The notes below the pieces were generated by a model. It was not told where the DNA came from, made no database searches, and was given only the letters and a program-made list of their open reading frames with translations. Positions 26,075 through 39,350 of a stretch of DNA of 64,000 nt are shown here, in pieces. The stretch is from Stegostoma tigrinum (lineage: Eukaryota), in NCBI RefSeq assembly GCF_030684315.1, contig NC_081356.1:16579197-16643196 (forward strand), given 5' to 3'. The position numbers and the translations under genes were made by a program. Numbering within the stretch: the first letter of the stretch is position 1; each line of letters begins with the position of its first letter.

Positions 26075-26249
26075 TTACATCTTCTGGGTAAACCAAAGAG
26101 ATGACATCTACTCCAACATTCGCATTGAGACTGCAGGAATGGATGGTTCTAGAAGAAAAGTCATTGTGGTTCTTGATTCATTGAAACCAATTGGATTCTC
26201 ACTTGATTATCCCTATGAGAGACTCTACTGGTTCAATGAAGATTACAAA
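26075..26249 (+). CDS. lrp13: lrp13 exon 8: YWTD repeats
   Basis: YIFWVN...IETAGMDGSRRKV...DYPYERLYWFNEDYK; phase 2-0. Confidence 0.93.
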
Positions 26250-26624
26250 GTAAGTGCATCTGGCCTGCTGGAATGTCTTAACTGGACATACTTTAATTCC
26301 CCTCATGAAGCTGTTTTTAAATGTTCCAGTCTGAAAGACTGTCCATACTGGACAAATGGCTACTAGTGGCTAACTTGATTAGCAGCAAAGTAGTGTCTAG
26401 TTGACACAAACATCATTCTCAACTGAAACTAATCTTTAGTGTTCAATGTTTTCAAGTATGTAGGATTCCCTACCATTTTATCACTGAGTCTTGGGGATGA
26501 GGAAGGAAAGTGTCTGACTAATGTTCCCTTATAGATTTAAGGTGAACCAATTTGGCTGAAACTTGCTGTAAAAGCTTTGCTCTTTTTAGCACAGAGGCTG
26601 ACTAACTTTGAGCTTTTTTCCAAG

Positions 26625-26841
26625 TCTGTTGAATCCATCAATGTGGATGGCACTGGGAGGTTATCAATTTCCAACTTGGACATCACAAAACCTCAAGGAT
26701 TTTCAGTATCTGACGGTTGGTTCTACTGGTCTGAAGCAAATAAAGTTTTCCGTATATCCCACCATCTGAGAAGGCCAAAGGAGGTCTTGATAGATCCTGC
26801 AGTAGCTTTCACTTTGACCATAACCAACCAGCAGCAAAAAA
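26625..26841 (+). CDS. lrp13: lrp13 exon 9: end of propeller 1
   Basis: SVESINVDGTGR...PQGFSVSDGWFYWSE...NQQQK; phase 0-1. Confidence 0.88.
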
Positions 26842-26929
26842 GTAAGTCCTGTTTTGCTCATATTTGCAAACAAACCATGAGCAATGGATGTTTCTAATCA
26901 ACCTGTTACTGTTAACAATTGACTTGCAG

Positions 26930-27049
26930 GTAGTCATCCATGTCAGAAAGCAGAATGCAGCCATATATGTTTGCTGTCTCCATTGAAAATTAAAGGCTAC
27001 AAATGTGCTTGTCCTCAAGGAATGTACCTAGTATCTGGAAAATGTGAAG
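26930..27049 (+). CDS. lrp13: lrp13 exon 10: EGF
   Basis: [39 protein letters not shown]; phase 1-1. Confidence 0.92.
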
Positions 27050-30000
27050 GTAGGTTAGCTTATATGCAATAGCACATGGCACTACTTGTTGCAGTGATTT
27101 GGATTTGTCTTGTCCCCCATTGACTAAACCAAATAGCTACTGTCACTTCAATGGCATGCAAGTAACTTGTGCCAGATTTAACAAAAGAAATTTCTCCAAG
27201 TAGCCCTAGAGACCTTATCTTTGTCAAGGGGCAGTTACCAGTGATTCTTCTTGCCAGTAGCCACAAGCTACCAGGTTATTTGGCAGGCAGGTTAAAAGGT
27301 CCCATTGCTATAAAACTTCATTCTAATGGCTGGTTGTCTTTGTTCTTTAAATTCCCATTTCTACATAGGTGTAGAACTAGAAGTAAGCCACTTGCCTTTG
27401 TCTGCTACATCATTGTAAATGATGGCATTGTTGATCTTCCAACCCACCCCCATAAGTTGCTTTTAAAGTTAACTTTTCACATTGAGAAGTTGAGCCTGTA
27501 CTCATCCTTTCAATTGCCCCATAATTGGGATCAACCAATAAACTGCCTCAATGTAGCTTTCCTTGAGGGGTAAAGACTGTTCACACTTCTAGGTACAACA
27601 ACTAGTATGTTATATAGTTTAATAAAACATCTTGCACTTTCTAATTGAGCCCATATTCAACTTGCCTCCATAATTATGGGCCAGTTACTGCCTCCAGCTA
27701 GCTTTCTCTGCAAAGCAATAGGTGTTGCCAACACCTATTGAGCAAAACCTGCCTAATCCACACCAGTTGGGTTCTGCCAAGGCCACTCAGCTCTTGGTCT
27801 TGTTTTCAGCTGAATCCCTTTTTAAGCCAAGAGTTGAATTCCAGAAGGGTGATTGCTGTTGACATCAGTGCCACATCTGACAGTCTGGCATCAAAGATTC
27901 CTGGAAAAACTGAATCAGTGGGATTTGGTAGGAGGTTTGGGAATGGAATCTTGCTTGCTTTCCCTGATCTTTACCCAATTTCTAATTTGTCTAACATTAG
28001 AACCTCATCCAAGGCTTCACTGAAATCTAAGTAGCTAAAGCTTGCTGCTCTGTCCTCCAATATTCTAGCTACATCCCAAACTCAAATCGAGTTAGTGTGA
28101 CCAGGATTCTTCCATGTACAAAGCCATGCTGACTATCCCTAATCACTCCTTACCTCTCCAAATAAATGTAAATCTCTCAATCCCTTGCACACATGGTGTG
28201 AAAATTTGCACCTATGGTAGCTTTTCAACCTGTGCAGAAAAACTCCTCCCACTATCTGTAGCTTTTCTGTAGTCTTGGACCACTTTAAATACTACTTGGC
28301 TCCTCCTCCTTTCTGCCAGTACATAACCTCATTTTCCACACTTTATCTGAAGCTTTTACCCCTCACTTGCAGACTGTCTGTCAACCAGCTTTCTCACCTT
28401 GTGTCATGTGACAACTTAGCTGTATTATGCTTTCTTTCCTCCCCACCCCCTCCAAAAAAGACCACAAAACAATTGTCCCCAACACTTTCCTAATAGTACT
28501 AGAGTGAAGGCCTCATCTTGAATACCACCTTATTCTAACTTTTTGGCCAATCTACTCTATCCCTATACTACAATATTGTAACTACTCTACAAATTTAAAA
28601 AAGCAACATTTTTGTATGCAGTACCTCTATCAAATGCCTTTTTTAGAAATCTTAATTTCCCAAATCTGGTTCCCTTTCTCCCACTTGTTACTATAAGCCT
28701 ATTTCAACTACCTCAAAGCCATGTTGGCTCTACATGATCCATGTTAGTTCATCCTTTATGGATTCTAACTTCATTCCTAGTGACTAAAGTTTGCACATCC
28801 TCACCCTCTGTTCCCTGCTGCTGTGACACCCCAACTTCTCATTGCTTGAATGCAACCCAATATAGTTGGAAGTGATTGGGGAGGGGAGGAAATCCAATTT
28901 CCTATAACCCAAAAGTTCAAACCCTTAAGTTTTTTGTTTTGAATCTGACTGAAGTATTAAACTGTTTATCCCTGAGTAAACACTGAAATTAGCTGGTTGG
29001 GCAATTAAGCAGTAATAGCTCCATCCTGATGTGTAAAGGAAAGTTAAGTGAGCTTTTTTCTCTGCAATGTTTCCCCTTTAAAAGGTAGTGTGGATAGATG
29101 GACATATGGGTGTAAATGGTGCACGTTTTTACATGCAAAAGGCATCATTGACAATGGTCCACTACTCCAGAGGTGCTACAAACAAATTCCTGTGTCAAAA
29201 ACCTGACATTCTTCCATGATAAATAGCTTCATTGTTGAGATGGTTATGGAGTGATCAGTGCAGGTTTATGATCTAGACCAGCCCACAGCCTTAAGCATAT
29301 GCCCAAAAAATTAGGTCAGAATTCTGGAATTGGGTGGCAACCCAGTCTGTTGCAACTCTACCTCCCACCTGTAAACAATATTGCTGAAAGACTAACTTTT
29401 GTACCTTAATTACAATTCTGTTCTTTCGAAAACTTTAAGATGTCAAGACTCAGATCTTGCACTTGACACATCAAGCCTTTCAATCAAATAGGTATAGATT
29501 TGGCCAGAGTTCTGACTTTTGAAATGGTGGTGATTGAGGAGTCTTCAAACAAAAGTGCAAATCTTCCTGTCATAGCCTCTAAGCTATTGTAGTTTTGGGT
29601 GGCTTTTCAAAAAGCTGATTTTCTCTTTGCCTTCTCTTGTATTTTGTTCTCAACACTTCTGGGAGAAGTGTTTTAAAATAACCTGTTTGGGACAGATCGT
29701 CAAATGTGACACTCAACCCATTTGGACACTTGTTGGTCCAGGCACTAAATTCAAAGTACATTTTCCTATGAAACACTTCCCTACATGTTCCTCTTAACTA
29801 CAATTTCAATTAAAGTATGGATTTTGGCTAAACTTCTAAAGGAATGTGCACTTGCTTTTCTAGTTTAAAGGTGATTTGGAGTCATGTGGAATAACAATCC
29901 AAGAACCTTGCCAAGAAAGGTTGGGAAGTCTAGCCATAAGCGGAATTGTTTTTATAGAAACAGATGGCAGGGGCAGTCTCGTGTTTGGGGGGGGGGGGGG

Positions 30001-30621
30001 GGGGGGGTGGGGTGTAGTTTTCCAGGTGCTTCAAGCAAAAGTGCAGTTTCTTTGCATGTAGACTGCATCAATCCAAAGCAGAGTTAATACCTTCCCAGAA
30101 CTCCAGTAGGGACAGATCACACTAATGAATATGCAGTCAATTAAGAATCTTTAGTGAAATACTTCCCTCAAGTATACTGCTAGGGAAAGGGTTGAATTAT
30201 TTTGCTGATTGGTGTACATAACTTGGCCTTGTGTAAACAAACAAGAACACCAGCAGCCTTTTGAAGGCCTGGTAACCAAATTGTAAAGTGACTCCATCGA
30301 CCAGATTTAACATCTAGCTTGTTTTAGTACTGCATCAGCTGGGAGCATGAAACAAATCTTGCACCTCCCATCAGTTTTAGTGGCTTAGTGACACTTTGGG
30401 AGAAGCCCTTTTAAAACTACCTGTTTGGTTTCTCCATAATCTTTGTTTTTCAGCAATTTTTTGCCTTTGCTAGAATGACTTTCTAGCTTCTGTTCTTTTG
30501 ACTTTAACCTGATGGCCAACTTGCCAATAGCTGTTCCTTCCACCTCAGTTTAATAATGAGGTGCCCTTTATCAGTAAGTGACGACATAACTAATACCATG
30601 CACTGGTGTTTTAACTTGTAG

Positions 30622-30735
30622 GCAACCGGTCTATGTGCACAATTAACAATGGAGGCTGTTTGGAGAGGGATACATGTATCCAGCACACTAATGGAGTTCA
30701 CTGCCTTTGTCCAGATGGTGAGGATTGTTCTCCAG
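30622..30735 (+). CDS. lrp13: lrp13 exon 11: EGF-like
   Basis: NRSMCTINNGGCLERDTCIQHTNGVHCLCPDGEDCSP; ttgtag/gtaac; 114 nt, phase 1-1. Confidence 0.82.
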
Positions 30736-31544
30736 GTAACTTTTTAACATCCTGGCAAACTGACAATTGACCTAATGCCTGTAAGCTATATCCTTCTAGC
30801 ATGGTTGTACATACTAGACTTGCTTCTAAATAGCACTTGAGATAATGGGCATAAACCATGCTAGAGAAATTCTGGCAGCCCCTGTCTTCAAACCAAAATT
30901 TTGCACAAGTCAAAACACTCTCTGATCTAGATATTAGACTTGCTCAGCCTTTCCAGCATCCTGTTTTCTGTTTTTCTTTTTTGTTTTATAGCATACAATA
31001 GTTGGGTTCTTGTCAACAGCATAGCTTTGAAATGTCAGATGACAGTCAAAAGTAGAACTGTTAACTATCAAATTGACCAGGGCATTAGAATAATACCACT
31101 CAAAATAATCCCATGTCAGTATTTGCATCCACGTAAATGGGTTCTCCAGTTAACTGTTCTGAAACAACAGTTCAGTGCTTGCTCAGTTTTGGACTACTCA
31201 GCTGTCAGAGTCCCAGAGTGGATTTGTTGGCCACAGCTGACCACTTATTTTTGAATCCCATTTAAACACTTTTTTTCTGTGGGCCTGAATGTTGGACTTC
31301 AAATTCTGCTGTGCAGAACAGAACATACTGCCTTGGAAGCCATGGTGTTATCAAGTGCAAACTTGCTAGAATCAGAATTCAAGATTTTTGGGCAGCATGG
31401 GGTGGGGGCTAGGGTAAACTAGGCAACACTGACTCTCACCTACATACAAATAGGTCATCTGATAATAATGATCTAGGACAGGCTTTCAACACTAACTTCC
31501 TGTCTTTGGTGCCAGTGGAATAATGTCACTGAACTGGGAGTTTC

Positions 31545-32130
31545 ACATGGGCTGTGTGTGATGCTTGACACATGTGGAATTTGCTCATTCTCCTTATCAG
31601 CATGGGTTTCCTCCAGGTACAGAGGTTTCTTCCCACAGTCCAAAGATGCATGGGCTAGGTGAATTGGCTGTACTAAATTGCCCATGGTGTTCAGGGATGT
31701 GTAGATTGGGTTATAGGGTGTGGGATGTTCTAGTCCATGTGGACTTATGGAAGCATGGCCTTCAGCCCAACACTAGGTTTTATGATTCAATGAATTTTTC
31801 CTCTTGTGCATTAGGAAAACAGGACAAGCAGTTTCAGCTGCTGTGCCCACTACTGGTTAGCATTGCTGTTTCACAGCTAAAAGGAGCCTAGGTTTGATTC
31901 CACCCTGTCAACTGTGCAAACAACTTTGGACATTCTTGTCATGTTTGCATGGGATTCTTTGGATGCTATAATTTCTTCCCCCACCCTGCCCCCCCCCCCC
32001 CCCCCCCCCAAACTCAGTCCAAAGATGTGCCAGTTAGGTGGATTGGCCATTGGAATTCAGGGTTAGTGTGGGTGTTTGGGTGGGATACTCTTCAGTTTGT
32101 GGACTGAATGGCCTGCTCCCACACTGACTT
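31545..32130 (+). mobile_element. Two adjacent HE1-like SINE copies
   Basis: catgggtttcctccagg...cccacagtccaaagatg and ...cagtccaaagatgtgccagttaggtggattggcca are V-domain sequences. Confidence 0.75.
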
Positions 32131-33004
32131 TCTGCCTTGTGCAGAAATGCATGCTGACCAATGCATTGCACAGACCACTAGAGTCTAAGCTGAGGTTGCA
32201 CTGAATTCTGGTAATCTAGCATTCACCTTTCAAACTGCATTTGGATTGTCTGGTTGACAAATTCTTCAGATTATACTTTGCAGCCAGTTAGCCAACTTCA
32301 CCCCCATGACCAAAAACTCAAATCCTGCAAGATCCCAATTCAATTAAAATCTATTGAGCACTAATTTCATTAAATAATCAAGAATGCTTAATCATTGCTG
32401 TCAGCATTTGCTGTTGGACTGAAAATCAGTCCAGTACTTGTGTTGAAACAAAAGCTCTTGACCAGGCAGATGTGCTGTCTAGAACTATGCTACTTTCAAA
32501 GTAGCAACTACATGAGACTAAATTAGTCCTGTTGAACTGCCAACCAAGTCTGGGGAGAAATCAATCATTAGAAGGATTGCTTCAATCTGCAGCTGCTAAA
32601 AGCAGTTAGGAATGCTCCAAATTTCAAAAATAGGAAGCAAACCTTTGTGTCCATCAACCCAAAGGATATCCTGAGAAATCACCAATCACAGGACTTCTGC
32701 TTTGAAGACAATTCTTGTATGGTGAAAATAAGACCTCCAATAATTTTGTTTGACTCAGTTCTTTATTTTGCAGCCAAGTCTTTAAATGCCCTGAGCAGCC
32801 CAGGCAAAAGGACACTGGTTTAACTCAGATCACCAGAAATTCTAGACATCACCCCAGCACTCCTAATAAGCCTATCTAATTACTAAGATTTCAGATTGAG
32901 GGTGAGAAAATAACAAGGCTCCCAAACACAATTTGTCACTGCCCAGCAGGAATCTGCTCAGTGGGGGGGAAATTATAACCTGACCACTGCTTTTTGCTTT
33001 CTAG

Positions 33005-33175
33005 ATACCTGGGAAGCTCAGCAAGACTATGGTACAACACTACAGTGTGAGCGCACCTTCTTCCTTTGTGACGATGGGTCTGAATGTGTCAGTATGGAAT
33101 ACAAGTGTGATGGTGACAGAGACTGTCCTGATGGGTCTGATGAAATTGGCTGTTCAGAAGTGTGTGATGAACCAG
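33005..33175 (+). CDS. lrp13: lrp13 exon 12: LDLa 5 (first of the 7-repeat cluster)
   Basis: LQCERTFFLCDDGSECVSMEYKCDGDRDCPDGSDEIGCSEVCDEP. Confidence 0.92.
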
Positions 33176-33399
33176 GTACTTAACACTGCTTTTGCAAAGC
33201 TTGTTTTTAGGAGCTAAAGATTGGATATAGAAACAGCAAGTTTGTACTTGCAATCTAGTCTACTGCAGCAACTGTCTACAATCCAGCCCTCCCCACATGT
33301 GGGGAGGCCAAGTGTTTAGTGACCACTTTCCAGGTCAACTTGGTACAAGCATGACCCTATCATCCTGATTTTCATGCTTGTACTACTGTCTAGGTCCAG

Positions 33400-33890
33400 G
33401 GCAGTGAAGGCCAAATGCAAGCTGGAGAAATAGCACCACCTGTGCTTAGTAACTTTTCAAGCCTTCTGGATTCGGACTGAAGCTGTCAAAATCCATAATC
33501 TGTCCTTTGCCTAGACTAACTCTTCTTCCAACAAAAAACCAGTGTTTTCATTTCATGGTTTTGCTTTTGTTCCTCCTGTCACTTGTACTGCCATATTTGG
33601 TCTGATGCCTCAGGTCTCTGATCATTCTTGACTTTTTTGCTTAACTGCCCTTCTCCTCCATGTGTCTTTCCTCTTACAGCGTAATGTGACTTTTCCACCT
33701 TGAGTTCTGAAGCATATTCACCTCCATACTTCAGTCTGAAGGGTTGCCAGACCCAAAATATTAATTGATTTTGTTCTTCAGATGCTACCAGACCTAAGAT
33801 TTTCCAGCAACAACTTCTGTATTGTTTCTCTTGCTGCTGATACAAGACTTGCTAAGATTTCCAGTTTTATTACCATCTCCAGTGCTCATT
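33400..33890 (+). mobile_element. Old Penelope 3'-end remnant
   Basis: aaggccaaatgcaagctggagaaatagcacc (GIY-YIG C-terminus-like), followed by terminal-repeat-like ctgaagggttgccagacccaaaatattaa...gatgctaccagacct. Confidence 0.45.
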
Positions 33891-34944
33891 CAGTTATTGC
33901 CAACAAGAAGCCAAATTGCTGCCTCTTGTCTTGTAACAATTGAAATGAGAAGGATGTGACCTCAGCTTATAACTGCTGAACTCTCAATACTAGAGAGAAA
34001 TAGCCCTCAGCCTGCTTCACCATGATTGGCTGACTCTTAGAACAGATCCTGATTAAGTAAAACCTTTTTATGGCTTGAATTCATTGTTCATGTGGGTTTT
34101 ATCCTGGCACCTTATTTACCAGGTTGACAGCTGAACTAGGACTTGTGTACACTTTTAAAACTAACACTGGAGAACAACATCAATATTGCTGATGTTAGAG
34201 GCTGACTACCTCCTTGGTGAATATTGTTACAGTAATGCAGCCAAGCTGAAATTAAAGTAGCACTCTATTCATGGGATGAGAGCTCTGCCAGCTAAACCAG
34301 CATTATTATCCACCTTTTTAATTGCCCTTGAAGGTGGTAAGCTGCAACTTGAACCATTGTAGCCCACTTGGGTGGCTGATTCTTTCTTCACCACCACCCC
34401 CCTGCCCTGTTGAGGTTTGCATTTTGACACCTTCAATGAAGGAATAGTGAGTAATATCAGTCCCAGCTGGTGGAACACTGCCACCTGCAGTTTCCTTTTA
34501 TCACCTGTTGATGTCCTCGAGTGGTCCATTAGAAAGTCCTATAAGGAGCCCTAGTAGAAGTCGTCTTGTGGTGCAACAAAGACAGCAGTCAAACAGCACT
34601 TGATGGAAATATTAAAACTGGAATGTAGTTTCCTCAATTGGGAATTTGCTTTTTTTGGAGCAGAGCAAGATTCCTAATCATACTTAAAGAAATTGCTTGT
34701 TCAGTCACTACTGTATTGACTATAGGCCTTGCAACATGTCTTGAGGGATTTTGACCAAGTGCAAGTAAAAGGGAAAGGTAGTGATATAAACAGTCTTGCA
34801 AACTTTAAATCGGCTGTGACCTTTCAGTGAAACATTTACTTTCCAATTTACTGCTTAATTTTAGGTACACAGGCCCTTGTACCAAAATTGTGCAAATTAA
34901 TTGCAACTTGGTATTAGTGTACTGACACATCATTATCTCTCCAG

Positions 34945-35160
34945 ATGCATTTCATTGTTCAGATGGGACCAAATGTATTCAGGGAGAGCTGCGTTGTGAT
35001 GGCATTGAGCAATGTCCAGATGGATCTGATGAAACTACCTGCAGCCAAGAAACCGATAGCTGTGGTTTCTGGTGTGATGATCACCAGAGATGTATTCCTT
35101 CAGACTGGATATGTGATGGCAGCAAAGACTGTACAGACAAAACTGATGAATTTAACTGTG
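34945..35160 (+). CDS. lrp13: lrp13 exon 13: LDLa 6-7
   Basis: AFHCSDGTKCIQGELRCDGIEQCPDGSDETTC...CIPSDWICDGSKDCTDKTDEFNC. Confidence 0.93.
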
Positions 35161-37012
35161 GTAAGATGAGCAACTTCTCCCACCTTAAAGCTGCTCATGA
35201 CCAGCTTCACAAGTCTACAGTTCTTGCAGTTTACTAATTAACTCCAAACAGCAGCAATCCAGTTCATGACCACTAAACTGATCACTACTGAGATCCCACA
35301 TCCAGTAGTCTTCAACTCTTAAAGCTGTAGAATATATAGGTGGCTCAATTAACTTTTTAACTTTGAATTTTTCAACTAAATGCAAACTTTTCTACTTCTA
35401 ACTTTAAAAGCAGAAGTGAAGGGTATGACCTCCTTTTCTATGTAGGCAAAAAGTGTAACATTAATTAAACCATAGACTCCTACAATCACTTCTGGCAAGT
35501 GATATTTCATCAATGGTATTAAAGTTAGCCACTGACTCTTGAGCCATTCTTTAGCAGTGATGCTTGGCTTGTCAGGTAGTAAAGTTGAAAGCCCTTCTAG
35601 TTATAAAAAGCACTTTGTGGTGCTAAGGAAGTAATTCATTGAAACATCCGCCTTGCTGCAATGTCCTTTTTGCAACAACTGGGGTTCGAGGCTATGGGAC
35701 AAGTGTAGATTTAATACAGCTCACTAGTACACTTGATGGGCTGAAGAGACTCTGCTATACAACATGACCTAGTGGGCTCTTCCAACCCACCAAGCAATTA
35801 AAATGCAAGGTTCCAACTTCAGTTAACATCAATTTTAAGCAATAAACTTGAGCTACATTTGGTTAAAATCTTTAATGTAGCAGATCATGCATTCTTCCAT
35901 AAATTGGCCCAGAGTTTGAATTTCATTTTTTTCAACTTCATGTCATAAGGTTGAATGAATGGTGTTGAGGTATTTTGTCTTTTTGTCTGTTCTATACTTA
36001 GCTTGGGGCCTGCCACTTATTTGGTCTACCTTTCCTCCTGACACCATTTTGTATAGACCCTGGTTGAAGTTGTGGTTAAATCTTGGTTTCCATTTGGAGA
36101 CTGAACAAGGAAAGCAATGATCACATGTAAATGCCTTCTTGGAAGGAGACCCTTCTTCCAATGAAGGAATTCTTTCATCCCCAAGTAATGCTGGCATTCC
36201 TGCTACCAGTGCAGTCAATCAGGCCACTTCTATTGGAAATGGAGACAGCATTGAGCTAGTCTGTTTGTCTTTGACTAGACATGGGACTACTGTGAAACCA
36301 ACAAATTTCCAAGTGCCTGTTCAACTATACCCATGTGAGTATTTGCACAGTTAGTTATCCCAGTAGTAGATGCTACTTTAACCTAGAAAAGGATGATAAA
36401 CCTAGCAATTGGAGTGCTTAACCATTACCTTGCCTCCCAACTGCTACAAGGCCACTTGTGAATGTAGTGTGCACTATTAACCCTTACTACTCTGTAGCAA
36501 TCAGCAATGAGGATCCTGCAGTAACTTGAACACTCTCTCTCTTCTTTTATAAAACCTCTGGCACTTTGACCTAAGTGACTTGAAACCACCTGCAGCCAGG
36601 CTACAATGAAAAATCTTAGATTGGTTGAGGGGCATTACATCTCCAAGAAAAGCATCAATTAGCAGATTTTTTGTGCCTGCATTATTTTTGTCCATAAAAT
36701 CTTTCTAGACCAAATTTAACAGCTAAGTGTTTAACTAGTTGAAGTGCAGATTTGGTGACTGTAGCAATGAATTTTGATTATCTTACCCTCTTCTCTGCCT
36801 TGATCAAGTTTTTGACTATCTGTGTCAACTTGGACTTCAACAAATAGATTGAGTTACAATGGCCCACAATATTCAATGCACAGTGAGATCCATATTGAAC
36901 AGATGTTAAATCACTTCAGAACAGTGACCAACCAGTTTTCTCTTTTGCCCTGTTTGGGTATTGGCCTGGTCTGTATATGGTCTGCAAGAAAATCTTTCTT
37001 TATATTGCACAG

Positions 37013-37239
37013 GTTGTAGCAGTGATGACTTCATCTGCAACGATGGCCAGTGTATTTCTCTCGCTTTCCGCTGTGATTCAAAATATGACTGCAAGGATCA
37101 CTCAGATGAGCACAACTGTCCAAAACAGAAACATCTTTGCAAACCTGATGAGGTGATGTGCCCTGCCAGTAAGGAATGCATAATAAAGGAGTGGTGGTGT
37201 GATGATGATGTCGACTGTGAAGATGGGACAGATGAACAG
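37013..37239 (+). CDS. lrp13: lrp13 exon 14: LDLa 8-9
   Basis: [35 protein letters not shown]...[17 protein letters not shown]; phase 1-0. Confidence 0.93.
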
Positions 37240-38181
37240 GTATGTTAGTTTGCTGGTCAAGTTCCACATGGCTTGTATAGACTTGCATTCATAGCTTGTA
37301 CTTGCTGTCTTGGCAATAAAATAGCATCATGTTGGGCTATGTATCGATTCTATTTCCAAATACAACCTTGTTGTAAATAGATTTGGTATTTACATGATGG
37401 GGGGGGGGGGGGGGGGGTAGAAATTGGTTAGCTTAGTTTGTTGGACAACTGGCTAGCAATGCCCAGTGACAGTGTAGGTTCACATCTTGTACAACCTGAT
37501 GTTGCCATGAAGGTCTTGCCTCCTGTTTCTCTCTTCACCTGAAGTGTGGTGACACTTGGTGATCATATTAGCAGCCTTGTGGTCCTCATTAGCAACATGA
37601 CACTTACTGGACTGTTTTACCCAACTAAGGAACTGACTAATGGATTGAGTAATGACTTCATATATAGGTATAATAGACTGCTCCACTTATCTTAAACACT
37701 TCCAAGATTCATTAAGTTAATGTAAAACAGCAATGCAAAAATCAATGCTAGTGTTAATTGAACTTGGACAGAACTTTCCACTTGACTTGTGGAAAATATT
37801 TAGGGTGAAGCCTATGGGTTGAACTGGATATTGACCCAGAGTAAGCAGCTAATATGGAGTCTAGAATGAAGTGACTGAGCCCCCAAAGGGACTTGAACTC
37901 CTAGAAGGAATTTTTGGCAAAAGATATCTTTCTAATATTCTGGTGGGGTTGATCAGTATTCCTAAACTAAGTATTCTAATAGAATAGAAAAATGAAATCA
38001 GTTTAGCTTGTTTAATGAGGCCAATTATTTGATTACATGGAGTGCTCTGAATCCAACATGTACCTCTGGTACTTTCACCAAAGTACAGATGAACAACTCT
38101 TACAGTGAATTATCACTAAAAATGGTGCACTGTGTTTCACTGTTTAGTTTTGAATACTCAATTTAACTGCTCTTTCCTTAG

Positions 38182-38311
38182 AACTGCAAGCTTTCAAAAG
38201 TTAAGTGTGGTGAATTTCAATGGACATGTGGTGACTACTCCCAGTGTATTCCAGACTTCTGGCAGTGTGATGGACAGAGAGATTGTAAAGATGGCAGTGA
38301 TGAAGTTAAGT
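38182..38311 (+). CDS. lrp13: lrp13 exon 15: LDLa 10
   Basis: [43 protein letters not shown]; phase 0-1. Confidence 0.93.
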
Positions 38312-38404
38312 GTAAGTAGTTCTTCAGGATATAGCTTTGTCTCTTCCAGTATCCTCAATGGTGTTTGGCACAGTCCAGTCTTTGACCTTCTGCTTCTCAT
38401 ACAG

Positions 38405-38583
38405 GCCAACCAAGACCCTGCACTAGCTCTGAATTTCAATGTGCTTCATTGATGTGCATCAACATGAGCTTGGTCTGTAATGGAAGGGATGACTGCACAG
38501 ATGGCTCTGATGAAGGAGGTGACTGTGGTGTTCAGGATTGCAAAGACTGCATGCATGTATGTTATAAGACACCAGATGGACCT
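38405..38583 (+). CDS. lrp13: lrp13 exon 16: LDLa 11 plus start of EGF-A
   Basis: [37 protein letters not shown]...[12 protein letters not shown]; phase 1-0. Confidence 0.92.
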
Positions 38584-39169
38584 GTAAGTATTGCTTAATA
38601 TCTGCAGATGCTGCTTTTTCTCAATGATTCTACAGAACAAACAATAACCCACTATCTGCAATAACTCCCAAAGGAGTTGCCCACCTAGTTCCACTCTCCA
38701 GCCATATAGTCAACCCTAGAAATTCATCACTTTTCAATGTCTTTTGAAACCTATGAAATCTGCCTGCACCAGTTTCCCTAGAGAGTGTATCCAAAAATCT
38801 TTACAACTGAGTACAGAATCTTCTCATTCTTGCCTCTCGCTGAGCCCTGAAATTGTGGCCCCCTAGCTTCTGACATACCAACTAGTGGTGACAACCGTCT
38901 GTCTTTTTACCCTGTCAAAGCTCAATTTTTGAACACCTCCACTGAGGTCACCTCTTGATCATCTCTGCTCTAGGGACAATAAGCCCAAATCTCACTTTCC
39001 CTTCTGTCCAAATCCCCCTCATCCCAAGATTCCTCTTGAGTGTCCTTTGCACTGTCTCCAAGGCTTAACTTAGTGAGCATAATAGGCCAAATATGGTATG
39101 ACAAACTTATTGAAGTATAACATCACTGTTGCATTTGTACTTGACGCCAAAGGGATTCTAAGACTCTAC

Positions 39170-39350
39170 TGAACTGCAGATGCTATAAAGCAAATGTTGT
39201 TGGAAAAGCTCAACAGGCCTGGCAGCATCAAGAAATCCACTAATGTTTCTGGTCAAGTGGACAGATTCCAAGGAAGGCTCACTTGATCTGAGACTAATTT
39301 CTGACTCTTTATCTCACCTCAGTTGCTGCCAGACCTGTTGAGGTCTTGTG
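39170..39350. mobile_element. Old palindromic Penelope-terminus derivative
   Basis: gaactgcagatgct...ctcaacaggcctggcagca and tgctgccagacctgttgag are inverted arms. Confidence 0.55.

Noticed and set aside
27169-27573. 134-aa ORF in intron 10 with a good acceptor at 27368
   Set aside because: The phase-1 frame needed after exon 10 stops within 17 codons, and the open frame shows no YWTD features.
29653-30428. About 35-bp imperfect direct repeat (acact..gggagaag..ttttaaaa..acctgtttgg) at about 29653 and 30391
   Set aside because: Short and diverged; no function can be supported.
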